Source of the DNA: Veleropilina oligotropha
Taxonomy: Eukaryota
NCBI GenBank assembly: GCA_048128005.1
Contig: JBEUKZ010000112.1
Location: forward strand, 248,001 to 312,000
Reading direction: 5' to 3'
DNA length: 64,000 nucleotides
The position numbers and the translations under genes were made by a program. This document shows, one piece after another, positions 1 through 11,200 of the stretch (within the stretch, counting starts at the first letter, position 1; each line of letters opens with the position of its first letter). Below the pieces are notes generated by a model. It had not been told where the DNA came from and ran no database searches. It worked only from the letters and a program-made list of their open reading frames with translations.

Positions 1-1677
1 CAAGAAACACTCTCGAAGATACGTACGGCCATCCGTCCGGGCGACTGGGCAGCGTCTATCGACTTGACCGATGCGTACCTACACGTTCCGATGCACGTCT
101 CGGCTCACCGGTACCTACGGTTTGTCCACGGGGGAACGGTCTACCAATTCAGGTGTCTACCGTTCGGTCTATCGTCAGCCCCGTACGTCTTCACGCGGGT
201 AGTACAGGCTCTCGGGGCCTTCCTACACTCGCAAGGGCACAGAGTACACATGTACCTCGACGACTGGTTGATTCTCGGGGCGTCCCGGGATCAGTGCCTC
301 CAGTCTATGAGCGTTACCCTGTCATCGGCGAAGCGCCTAGGATTACAGATCAACAACGACAAATCCTGCTTCGTGCCCTCGACGACGTTTACATTTCTAG
401 GGGTCGAATTCGACACGGTCCGGTACACCGCGAAACCGACTCAGAAACGTATAACGAACCTACGCGCGGTTATACTGGAAACAAAGTCTTCACGGATAAC
501 TACAGCGCGACGACTGGCCACTGTCCTAGGGCACATCGAGTCGGTAGCTCCCCTGTTACCGACGGGTCGCATGGACAAACGACCGTTGCAGCAGGCCTTC
601 AAGGACCGCTGGATACAACGTACGGGACAGTGGACGGATCGCATCGATCTTCGGCATTGGTTCAATCGCACGACAGCAGTGTGGTTGAACACTACCCTGC
701 CGAGCCAGTCGGTTCCAATATCCCCCCCAGAACCGAACGCCTACCTCTTCACGGACGCGTCAAACGAGGGCTGGGGAGGGCACCTCGACAGTCACGAGAC
801 ATCGGGCCTATGGCCTACGGACCTTCAGGGACGACACATCAACTTTCTAGAGTTAGAAGCCGTCTACCTGTCAGTACAGTCCCTCTCGTCACATCTCCGC
901 AACAAGCACATCATGCTAGCAACGGACAACACGACTGTCGTCGCTTACATTCAGCACCAGGGCGGCACCCGCTCCCGTCCGCTTTGCGACCGAGCGATCG
1001 ACCTACACCGCCTAGTGATGTCCCTCAACTCGACAATTCGAGCCCGACACATCCCGGGGAAGCTGAACGTCAGAGCGGATACGCTCTCTCGGAAAACACA
1101 GATAATACACACAGAGTGGACGCTACACGCCCGTGTAGCCCGAGATGTCTGTCGCCTGTGGTCGCAGCCTCAAGTCGACCTATTCGCAACCGAATACAAT
1201 CACCGACTCCCTCTCTATGTGTCTCCTTACCCGGACCCGGCCGCTATAGCGGTCGACGCTCTATCAATGAGATGGGAGAATCTGATCGCCTACGCCTTCC
1301 CACCGTCGTGCATGTTGGCACAAGTACTACGGAAAGCGACCCGCGAAGACTGCGAGTTAACGCTAATAGCACCCCTACAACGCACGCAGTCCTGGTTTCC
1401 GACACTTCTGGATCTACTCATCGATCAGCCACGAGCGCTACCGCAGATGACAGACCTGTTATCGCAACCGCGCAGTCGGGTCCTACACCCGTCGGCGAGC
1501 GAGTTTCACTTTCACGCCTGGCGACTATCGAGAGATCGCTCATTAAGAAAGGCTTTTCTAGAGCGACAGCCCTGCGCATCTACCGATCTAGAAGGCAATC
1601 TACAACAAGCTACCTATGGAAGAAATTTGTGGATTGGTGTCGCGGGCGGCAAGCCAATTTATTCCGCCCCCCTGTGA
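1..1677 (+). CDS. DIRS pol ORF: reverse transcriptase, RNase H and methyltransferase-like domain (open from base 1)
   Basis: Frame 1 reads QETLSKIRTAIRPGDWAASIDLTDAY; RT motifs LPFGLSSAP and YLDD; RNase H LFTDASNEGWG, HINFLELEAV, TDNTT, HIPGKLNVRADTLSR; MT-like VDLFAT...VDAL...YAFPP. Confidence 0.9.
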   Translation, partial: QETLSKIRTAIRPGDWAASIDLTDAYLHVPMHVSAHRYLRFVHGGTVYQFRCLPFGLSSAPYVFTRVVQALGAFLHSQGHRVHMYLDDWLILGASRDQCLQSMSVTLSSAKRLGLQINNDKSCFVPSTTFTFLGVEFDTVRYTAKPTQKRITNLRAVILETKSSRITTARRLATVLGHIESVAPLLPTGRMDKRPLQQAFKDRWIQRTGQWTDRIDLRHWFNRTTAVWLNTTLPSQSVPISPPEPNAYLFTDASNEGWGGHLDSHETSGLWPTDLQGRHINFLELEAVYLSVQSLSSHLRNKHIMLATDNTTVVAYIQHQGGTRSRPLCDRAIDLHRLVMSLNSTIRARHIPGKLNVRADTLSRKTQIIHTEWTLHARVARDVCRLWSQPQVDLFATEYNHRLPLYVSPYPDPAAIAVDALSMRWENLIAYAFPPSCMLAQVLRKATREDCELTLIAPLQRTQSWFPTLLDLLIDQPRALPQMTDLLSQPRSRVLHPSASEFHFHAWRLSRDRSLRKAFLERQPCASTDLEGNLQQATYGRNLWIGVAGGKPIYSAPL

Positions 1678-2560
1678 CACAATTTATCGAGTTTTTGTCG
1701 TCGTTGCTCGAACGTGGAATGTCCATTTCCGCTGTCAAAGGCTACCGCTCATGCGTAGCAACGACGTTACGACAATGCCGCGTGCACACCCGCTTGTCTA
1801 CCGAAGACAATATCGGATTTTATACGCTCCTGCCAAACTCGAACGACCCATTCTGCAGGTGCGGCCGCCTGCGTGACGTGTCTTGTTGATTCTCAAAGCT
1901 TACCTAGATGTCCGTTCGACCCTATGAGTGAATGCTTCCTCAAAAATCTCACTTATCAGACCGTTCTACTTACCGCTCTCGACTGGTAACCGGGCATCGG
2001 AGATACACGCATTATCCGGTGAGCTGCGGGATATACACTTCCACACCGATGGGTCGGTGACGCTGCATACGGTCCTTGCCTTCTTAGCGAAGACACAACG
2101 ACCTGAAGATGTCTGTCCCGAGGTTTGTATCCGTAACCTCTCCATGTTGGATAGAGACGATATCAACCGGCTGAGCTACCCCGTTCGTGCGCTGTGATTC
2201 TATCTGGACTGGACCCGTGACCTACGGCAGGGCAAAAAGCGTTTATTCATAAGCCATATGTCCCAATTCAACCGCGACATTCGCAAGTCGACTGTATCAC
2301 GTTGGATAGTCTCTGTTGTAAAGGAAATTTACAAGCGGTCCGACACGCCAGATCGAGATCTCGTTTCAATTCCCGCGCATGAAACACGGGTCTTTGCGAC
2401 CTCACTGCCCTTCAAGTATAATTTACATATCAATACAGTCTTGAAGGCCGGTTATTGGAAGAATGCTAATACCTTTGTTCGCCTTTACCTGCGTGATTAC
2501 GCAACCACGGCTCTAGCGAACATAGCATTTCGTTTGTCGCTGCAAATCAGCTTTGTATTA
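1500..2560 (+). pseudogene. DIRS tyrosine recombinase, frameshifted and interrupted by stops
   Basis: Fragments across frames: WKKFVDWC...FLSSL...SISAVKGYRS, RASEIHAL, FLAKTQ, PVRAL, VSRWI, AHETR, AGYW...TF...Y. Confidence 0.85.
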
Positions 2561-3786
2561 GAGGATTTAGGTCATCCTATCAGTGATTGGTAAAACTTTC
2601 CCAGGGATTATTACCAAGGAACTGAGGTAATGAAATGTATTTCTATTCGTGTACATTGTAACACACTTAGAATTTTACTTCAATGTTATTTCTTTCTTAA
2701 ATCATTAAGAAATTGAAATTACCTAGTCATATCTGAGTTAATATGACATTAATGCTCACATTGGATGCAAACAGTTCATTACGAAATCTTAAAAATGTTT
2801 TTTGTAAATAATATTATTTTTATTATGTTCTACTTGCTGTCACAGAACATTTCAATGTCTTTCCATTGAAAGATTTTAATATTATTCCATACTTAAAATT
2901 ATTTAAGTAACATGTTCTCATGTTGACATTTTGCAAGATAGACGTGCAAATTTTTTTATTAATTCCAGAAGATAATTGATTATTCTTCAATCTATTAATA
3001 ATTGTCAGGGTTTTTATTATAGCACAGTAAACCTGCTAGGTTCGGGTGCCTCTAAAAACCTCGTCTGCAGTTTTCTGTCTGCCAACCTTTGAGTCCGGAA
3101 TATTCAGTTCACTGCTTTTGCCCATGACACGAGTGCCTTCAAGGTATACCTTTCGCACGGTGTCTGGAGCTACATGCACTTTCATGTTACCCGTCCGACT
3201 TACATCCCTGGCGTGTTTTCCCAGATTTCTTGGTCGAAATCTCACCTCGGGGTAAGAGTAGATTAGATACTCAGTAAATCTACTCTGAACGGACTCGATC
3301 TCAACGCTATAGCGTCGTCTTCCGGTAACAAGTAAGTTTTAATTTTGGTATATGGAACTTATAACTCCGCCAACCAAAGTTATTCTTGGCATTAGTAAGG
3401 ACGTAAGTATATTTGATATAGATAGGAGGATTAAGAGTAATCCCCTTGTATCTATAATAATATACTTACGTCCTTACCCTCTTGGCCCACCCTGCTTCGC
3501 ACCTCCCCTCTTATATAAGTTCTTTGCCTTGTTGTTTGCTAAAACTTCGGATGAGGTCATGACCTTTTGGTCACGGGGATCTCGCGGGAGTTGGCGAGCT
3601 CTTTATAGGCATGAACTGGAGGAGGTCGAGCAGGTCAGTGGGTCAACTGGGTTAAATTTATTAAAAAGTGCGAAATTGCCATTTCCACCTTGTCCGGATT
3701 TAGCGATAATAGGCTTATTATGGCATTAGTAAGGACGTAAGTATATTATTATAGATACAAGCGGATTACTCTTAATCCTCCTATTT

Positions 3787-4965
3787 CACGTGTATCATCA
3801 TAATGGTTAAGTGGAGGTTGATTTCGGTAAAATTCCGCTTCAAATAACGGAGTTATGTCCCTTGATCCACTTGCAATTTCTTTTTCCATTTCCTGGCGAT
3901 AACTTGAGAACGCCTTCATGGATTTCAATTAAATTTGGTATGCAAGTGGATGATCATAATAGCTAAGTAGAGTTCGATTTCGGTAAAATTCCAATGTCAC
4001 ATTTATAAGAGAGTTATGCCCCTTAATTCACTTGGAAGCATTTTTCCATTTCCGGGCGGTAACTTGAGAATGCCTTCATGGATTTAAATTAAATTTGGTA
4101 TTGATGTGTATGATCATAATAGCTAAGTGGAGTTCGATTTCCGTAAAATTCCGCCTTCTCAAAAGGTAGTTATATCCCTTCATCAGCTTGCAAATTTATT
4201 TTACATTTCCAGTCGATAACTTGAGAATGCCTTCATGGATTTAAATTAAATTTGGTATTTCACGTGTATCATCATAATAGCTAACTGGAGGTTGATTTCG
4301 GTAAAATTCCACCTTCACATAACAGAGTTATGTCCCTTGATCCACTTGCAATTTTTTTTTTCCATTTCCGGGCGTTAACTTCAGAATGCCTTCATGGATT
4401 TCAATTAAATTTGGTATGCAAGTGTATGATCATAATAGCTAAGTAGAGTTCGATTTCGGTAAAATTCCGATGTCACATTTATAAGAGAGTTATGCCCCTT
4501 AATTCACTTGGAAACATTTTTCCATTTCCGGGCGGTAACTTGAGAATGCCTTCATGGATTAAAATTAAATTTGGTATTGATGTGTATGATCATAATAGCT
4601 AAGTGGAGTTCGATTTCGGTAAAATTCTGCATTCTCAAAAGGGAGTTATATCCCTTCATCAACTTGCAAATTTATTTTACATTTCCAGTCGATAACTTGA
4701 GAATGCCGTCATGGATTTAAATTAAATTTGGTATGCACGAGTATGATCATAATAGCTAATTGCAGTTCGATTTCGCTAAAATTCTAACTTCACATAACGG
4801 AGTTATGTCCCTTGATCCACTTTCAATTTATTTTTCCATTTTCGGGTGATAACTTGAGAATGCCTTCATGGATTTAAATTAAATTTGGTATACACGTGTA
4901 ATATCATTGGCAAGAAAGATAATGCCCAGCCCCCTGCAAAATGAAGTATGGAGAGCATTTATTGT
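3787..4965 (+). repeat. ~158-bp satellite-like array (about 7 units, A-B-C higher-order pattern), probably the central array of a HINE/Helentron-type element
   Basis: The CATAAT anchor recurs at 3804, 3960, 4120, 4278, 4436, 4596 and 4753; the array ends GGAGAGCATTTATTGTT, resembling a HINE 3' end. Confidence 0.85.
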
Positions 4966-5222
4966 TACACATGTTTGTTCCTCGAATGCTTTAGATTCTG
5001 CGCTACATTCAGGCATTCATGGATTCAAATTAACGGACACTTATGTTCTAATAGCCTTCACAGTTGTCCATAACAGTAAACTGTCTGGTACAGTTGGGTT
5101 TTCCAGGGCGAGAGGGCTTTCGTCTCGCAATAATATGAACTTGTCCTTGTATGACCCTGAAGCGTGTTAAATTAGACATCCCTTACAAACTTTCATTCAT
5201 ATAGATTGCTGTTTGTTTTCAG

Positions 5223-5296
5223 CAAATAATAAACATTCCACACTTGGTCCTAGCAGTTTAGAAGATCGGTTGGATAAAATCAGGACACAAATCAAG
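5223..5296 (+). CDS. HMMR: HMMR coding exon (phase 1-0)
   Basis: ttttcAG / GTaaaa; NNKHSTLGPSSLEDRLDKIRTQIK. Confidence 0.7.
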
Positions 5297-8200
5297 GTAA
5301 AACTAATATATTGCATTTTATAAAAGTTTTTGTTTACACAACATTTCAAGTTTAATCTTGACTGAAAACTTACTTTAATTTATCAAGTTGTTTATTGCAA
5401 AATTTAATTATTGATGCATTTGTATGTTTCAGGTTGTGCAGGAGTCTGTATTACGACACATACAAAATTCATCTGTTAAACTCCGACAAGTACAAATTGA
5501 ATATCTCGACCACCGCACCACGTCAGAAGAGAGAGAAGCAGAGTTGGAGAGAGCTATTTCTGAGGCCAATGAACGACTGATTGCGACCAGAGACAGTGTG
5601 GAGGAGAAATACTGCAAGGCCATGCTGAAGCACCGAGATCTTGAAAACAATGTACATCATTGTACGGAAAACCTCAGCACATCTATAGAATCTTCGCAAG
5701 CCCTGCAGGCATATAAGTGAGTATAACGGATATTTCTTATAAAATCACATCAAATATTTAGAATTTGGTTAGTAATTTGACCTATTTATCTACCCTTTGT
5801 TACCTGCCCCTCATAAGGTAGGGTGAGGCTATTGTTTCCGTATTGTTGACTGATGCATGTCACAGCACTACCCTCGTTTCTTGTTATTGCTGTCTCCTGC
5901 ATTGTCTGTTTTAGTTGTCGTCATCTTTCTGTCTCCTGCATTGTCTGTTCTAGTTCTCGTCATCTTTCTGTCTCCTGCATTGTCTGTTCTAGTTGTTGTC
6001 ATCTTTCTGTCTCCTGCATTGTCTGTTCTAGTTATCGTCATCTGTCTGTCTCCTGCATTGTCTGTTCTTGTTGTCGTCATCTTTCTGTCTCCTGCATTGT
6101 CTGTTCTAGTTGTCGTCATCTTTCTGTCTCCTGCATTGTCTGTTCTAGTTGTCGTCATCTTTCTGTCTCCTGCATTGTCTGTTCTAGTTGGCCGCTTCGG
6201 TAGCGCAGTGGGTAGAGTGTCCACTCTAAATTCACTGGCTTGTTTCCGCTAACGCGAACAGTAGTGGGATCGACCCCCGGCTGAGGCAGCACACATTTGT
6301 TCAAGTTATGAAGCACAGTTGTCCGTGACTGGCCGAAGAGGGCGGGTTTACCCGGCGACCGGGGTTTCCTCCCGCGATAACACGGACATGTCCTGCCTTG
6401 AACCTCGATGTTATAAATATACAGGACATTAAGCACAATTCCTCCTCCTCCTGTTCTAGTTGTCGTCATCTTTCTGTCTCCTGCATTGTCTGTTCTAGTT
6501 GTCGTCATCTTTCTGTGTCCTGCATTGTCTGTTCTAGTTGTCGTCATATTTCTGTCTCCTGCATTGTCTGTTCTAGTTGTCATCATATTTCTGTCTCCTG
6601 CATTGTCTGTTCTAGGTGTCGAAATATTTCTGTCTCTTGCATTGTCTGTTCTAGTTGTCGTCATCTTTCTGTCTCCTGCATTGTCTGTTGTAGTTGTCGT
6701 CATCTTTCTGTCTGCTGCATTGTCTGTTCTAGTTGTCGTCATCTTTCTGTCTCCTGCATTGTCTGTTCTAGTTGTTGTCATCTTTCTGTCTCCTGCATTG
6801 TCTGTTCTAGTTGTCGTCATCTTTCTGTCTCCTGCATTGTCTGTTCTAGTTGTCGCCATCTTTCTGTCTCCTTCATTGTCTGTTCTAGTTGTCGGCATCT
6901 TTCTGTCTCCTGCATTGTCTGTTCTAGTTGTCGGCATCTTTCTGTCTCCTGCATTGTCTGTTCTAGTTGTCGGCATCTTTCTGTGTCCTGCATTGTCTGT
7001 TCTAGTTGTCGTCATATTTCTGTCTCCTGCATTGTCTGTTCTAGTTGTCATCATATTTCTGTCTCCTGCATTGTCTGTTCTAGTTGTCGTCATATTTCTG
7101 TCTCTTGCATGGTCTGTTCTAGTTGTCGTCATCTTTCTGTCTCCTGCATTGTCTGTTCTAGTTGTCGTCATCTTTCTGTCTCCTGCATTGTCTGTTCTAG
7201 TTGTCATCTTTCTGTCTCCTGCATTGTCTGTTCTAGTTGTCGCCATCTTTCTGTCTCCTGCATTGTCTGTTCTAGTTGTCATCATCTTTCTGTCTCCTGC
7301 ATTGTCTGTTCTAGTTGTGGTCATCTTTCTGTCTCCTGCATTGTCTGTTCTAGTTGTCGGTATCTTTCTGTCTCCTGCATTGTCTGTTCTAGTTGTCGTC
7401 ATCTTTCTGTCTCCTGCATTGTCTGTTCTAGTTGTCGTCATCTTTCTGTCTCCTGCATTGTCTGTTCTAGTTGTTGTCATCTTTCTGTCTCCTGCATTGT
7501 CTGTTCTAGTTGTCGCCATCTTTCTGTCTCCTGCATTGTCTGTTCTAGTTGTCATCATATTTCTGTCTCCTGCATTGTCTGTTCTAGTTGTGGGCATCTT
7601 TCTGTCTCCTGCATTGTCTGTTCTAGTTGTCGGCATCTTTCTGTCTCCTGCATTGTCTGTTCTAGTTGTCGGCATCTTTCTGTCTCCTGCATTGTCTGTT
7701 CTAGTTGTCGGCATCTTTCTGTCTCCTGCATTGTCTGTTCTAGTTGTCGTCATCTTTCTGTGTCCTGCATTGTCTGTTCTAGTTGTCGTCATATTTCTGT
7801 CTCCTGCATTGTCTGTTCTAGTTGTCGTCATCTTTCTGTCTCCTGCATTGTCTGTTCTAGTTGTCATCTTTCTGTCTCCTGCATTGTCTGTTCTAGTTGT
7901 CGCCATCTTTCTGTCTCCTGCATTGTCTGTTCTAGTTGTCATCATCTTTCTGTCTCCTGCATTGTCTGTTCTAGTTGTGGTCATCTTTCTGTCTCCTGCA
8001 TTGTCTGTTCTAGTTGTCGTCATCTTTCTGTCTCCTGCATTGTCTGTTCTAGTTGTCGTCATCTTTCTGTCTCCTGCATTGTCTGTTCTAGTTGTCGTCA
8101 TCTTTCTGTCTCCTGCATTGTCTGTTCTAGTTGTTGTCATCTTTCTGTCTCCTGCATTGTCTGTTCTAGTTGTCGCCATCTTTCTGTCTCCTGCATTGTC

Positions 8201-11200
8201 TGTTCTAGTTGTCATCATATTTCTGTCTCCTGCATTGTCTGTTCTAGTTGTCGGCATCTTTCTGTCTCCTGCATTGTCTGTTCTAGTTGTCGGCATATTT
8301 CTGTCTCCTGCATTGTCTGTTCTAGTTGTCGGCATCTTTCTGTCTCCTGCATTGTCTGTTCTAGTTGTCGTCATCTTTCTGTGTCCTGCATTGTCTGTTC
8401 TAGTTGTCGTCATCTTTCTGTCTCCTGCATTGTCTGTTCTAGTTGTGGTCATCTTTCTATAGGGATGCCCTGCTGGACCATGTAGAGGGACTGGAGGAGA
8501 CCATCCTCCAGCTGTCTGACAATAACGAAGAATATGAGGAGAAAATCAGGTAAGAAGATTACATGAGACTCTCCGGTGGAATGTTATTAAATATTGTTGT
8601 TGTAGAACTTTGCACTTTTCCTATTCAATGGTTATTTCAATTCAAAGGTATGAGTGCAACTGATTGCAAACTCAGATGATTTAATCAAGGCTGTCTGGTG
8701 CATTGATTTCTTGAACATGCTATAAGGGATTCCAAGGTTGCCTCTCATGATGATATTTAAGACTCGGGCAAACATGTTCATTCATTTCCTCTTTGTCATG
8801 CTGATTCCTCTCATGTAGCCGCCATCAATGCATATCGTATTATGTTCATTGATGATATATATATATGCCGTATTTGACCGTTTAAGCGCACATGCCCTAT
8901 TAAGCGCACACACCCTTTTCTCGTGTCAAGATATGTTTATAAATGTGAAATCCACGAACAACCGAGTGAAATTCAAAGGTACTGTCAGCGGTTTCAGCTG
9001 GCTTTGCTGGCGCCATGCTTTTCTGCAATACGGAAGCGAGGTTTAATACAGTGACGTCATATGGATAGGGACTACGGTATTCCTACTCCTATTGTAGGAT
9101 ATTGTTTTAGAAAATGAACGGTCCCTGTAGTCTTAGTAAATCATGTGACATTGATATTCGTTGGAGGCTGCAACAACAAGTAAGACTGTTTTAACTGCTG
9201 ATAAGATTGTTTTTCTCCCCCACCCGAGGGTAGCAGGGGATATTGTTGTTGCCATGTCCGTCCGGCTGGGCATCCGTCCGTCTGTACGTCCGTAAACAAT
9301 TTGGTTAAAGTTTTGAATTGAGTGTGTGTAGCTTGCCCATGATGCTTTTTGGCATATATATGCTTCAGTATGCGTTATATGGATGACACCTGGTACTCTG
9401 GAAGTGAGATTGAATAAAATTTAATATTATTATTGCATAAATGTAGGTGTTTTTGAACATAGAAATTTTGGTTATAGTTTCTGGTTAATGTTTTTCATTA
9501 AGTGTATATGGTTTGCTGAAACAGCATATTGGTGTATATATGCTTTGGATATTGATAATATGAATGTCAACTGATACTATGGAAGTGATGCTGAATTAAA
9601 TTTAATATACTTATTGCATAAAAATAGGACATAGAAATTTTGGTTAAAGTTTCGTTCAAATTTTTAAATGGGCATATGGGTTGTTCTAGGCACTGTATAC
9701 TTTAGTGTTGACTATATTGATGCTGCTCCCTCATCTGCAAGTGATTTATAATATAAATAACGTGAAATTAGTGTTTGTGGACATTGAAAATTTTGGTAAA
9801 GTTGAGTGAATTTCTGTTCCAGTATTGCATACATATTCTTTGGTGAACCTTATATTGATAACACCTTTTACTCTAGCAATGATATAGAATATTATTTTGT
9901 TTAAATAATGATGAAACTTGATGTGTTTGGACATATAAGTTTCGGTTAAAGTTTTTATCAGAGTGATTGCGGAAAGCGGGAGATGAATCTGTTTTCTAAC
10001 GGGCTCTTGTTGTGTTGAGTAACGATGTTTACAAATGATTACGGTATATATATATATATATATGGAGATGTATATTGGTAATGAAATCATGCACAAAAAC
10101 TCCCATAAAGCAGTTTATTTATATACTGAATTACCCAATCATAATGTTAGCGAAAATCATAGAAATATTGTTAATGACGTGATATATTTCTTCTGTTAAA
10201 GTGTTTTTGTTATACTTTTATAGGCACCTGAAGGGAGAACTGTTTGCCAGCAAGGACGACCAGGAACAAGGCCAGCAGACCGTGTTCGAGATGAAAGCGG
10301 AAATCGCCACCCTGCTGGAGAAGATAGATCGCCTTGACGAGTGAGTATGGATCAGCAGCGAAGACGAATGGGATGGTTTATGTCTGTGACATTCAATATA
10401 AGATATGATAGAACAGTTGCTATAAATTGTCTGTCAGAGAAAAGTGCATACAAGACTAAATATAACAATATGGGTTTTCTATGTGACCGTGCTTTCAACC
10501 TGAATGATGTTAAAAATGACACTTCAGTATCAACCGAAGATGAGCCATAGGTTACGAGCAAATGAAGGCAAGAGAGATGGTGTGTACATGTATTTTATAT
10601 AAATTTCCCTTACATCTCTTAATAGGACAATTTGACCAATGTTTTCTATATCTTTAACAAGACGTCAATATTTGTACTTGTAGCACAGAGGAGATGCTGA
10701 ACATCAATATACGAAACATGAGTGACAAATTTCAAGGACTTGAAAGATTACATGGTAAGAAAACCAAACGAATAATATATTATTCAAGAAAAAGCTCTGT
10801 CACTATTTCGGAGTGCATGTATCAACAACTATAATCACAGCATAACAGTGTTAACACCATTTGTAATGCCATTATAATTATTAAATTCCAAAGTATCTGA
10901 GTCCATCCTATCCTAAAGTTATATTAGCTGTCATTACAGTGGGTGCTTTTCGTAGTCTTTTATCATTATTTTAAATATGTATTCAGTCATATAAGCATTT
11001 TCAATCTTTTTCTGATATAATATATATGTTTAGATTCGTGACTAAAATTGCAGTATCTTTGACTTAAAATGAAGAATCCTTGTTCTTCCAGCTGAACATC
11101 AAATCATCCACAGTATTGAGATGGAGAAGATGGCGACCCATTTGAACATGACTCTGCAGAACATGGAGCAAGCGCAGGGGGAGTGTGAGAGCCTGCGGTT

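Larger units (their letters stand above)
1..3786 (+). mobile_element. DIRS1-type tyrosine-recombinase retrotransposon, 3' part (5' end outside window), intronic in HMMR
   Basis: RT-RNaseH-MT ORF overlaps a YR ORF; internal complementary region 3387-3477 matches the terminal 3721-3784; element ends in TTT at 3784-3786. Confidence 0.92.

Noticed and set aside
153..1500. N-terminal ~450 aa of the 578-aa ORF as a separate gene
   Set aside because: It is the alternative frame overlapping RT/RNase H, usual for DIRS YR ORFs; only its C-terminal part has recombinase features.
6190..6290. Possible tRNA gene
   Set aside because: The A/B boxes belong to a multi-copy SINE with body, tail and TSD; no proper cloverleaf.
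5853..8485. ORFs of 650-765 aa on both strands (MTTTRTDNAGDRK, Cys-rich or hydrophobic repeats)
   Set aside because: They are translations of a 39-bp intronic minisatellite, open in several frames and crossing a SINE; the HMMR exons on either side splice in phase.
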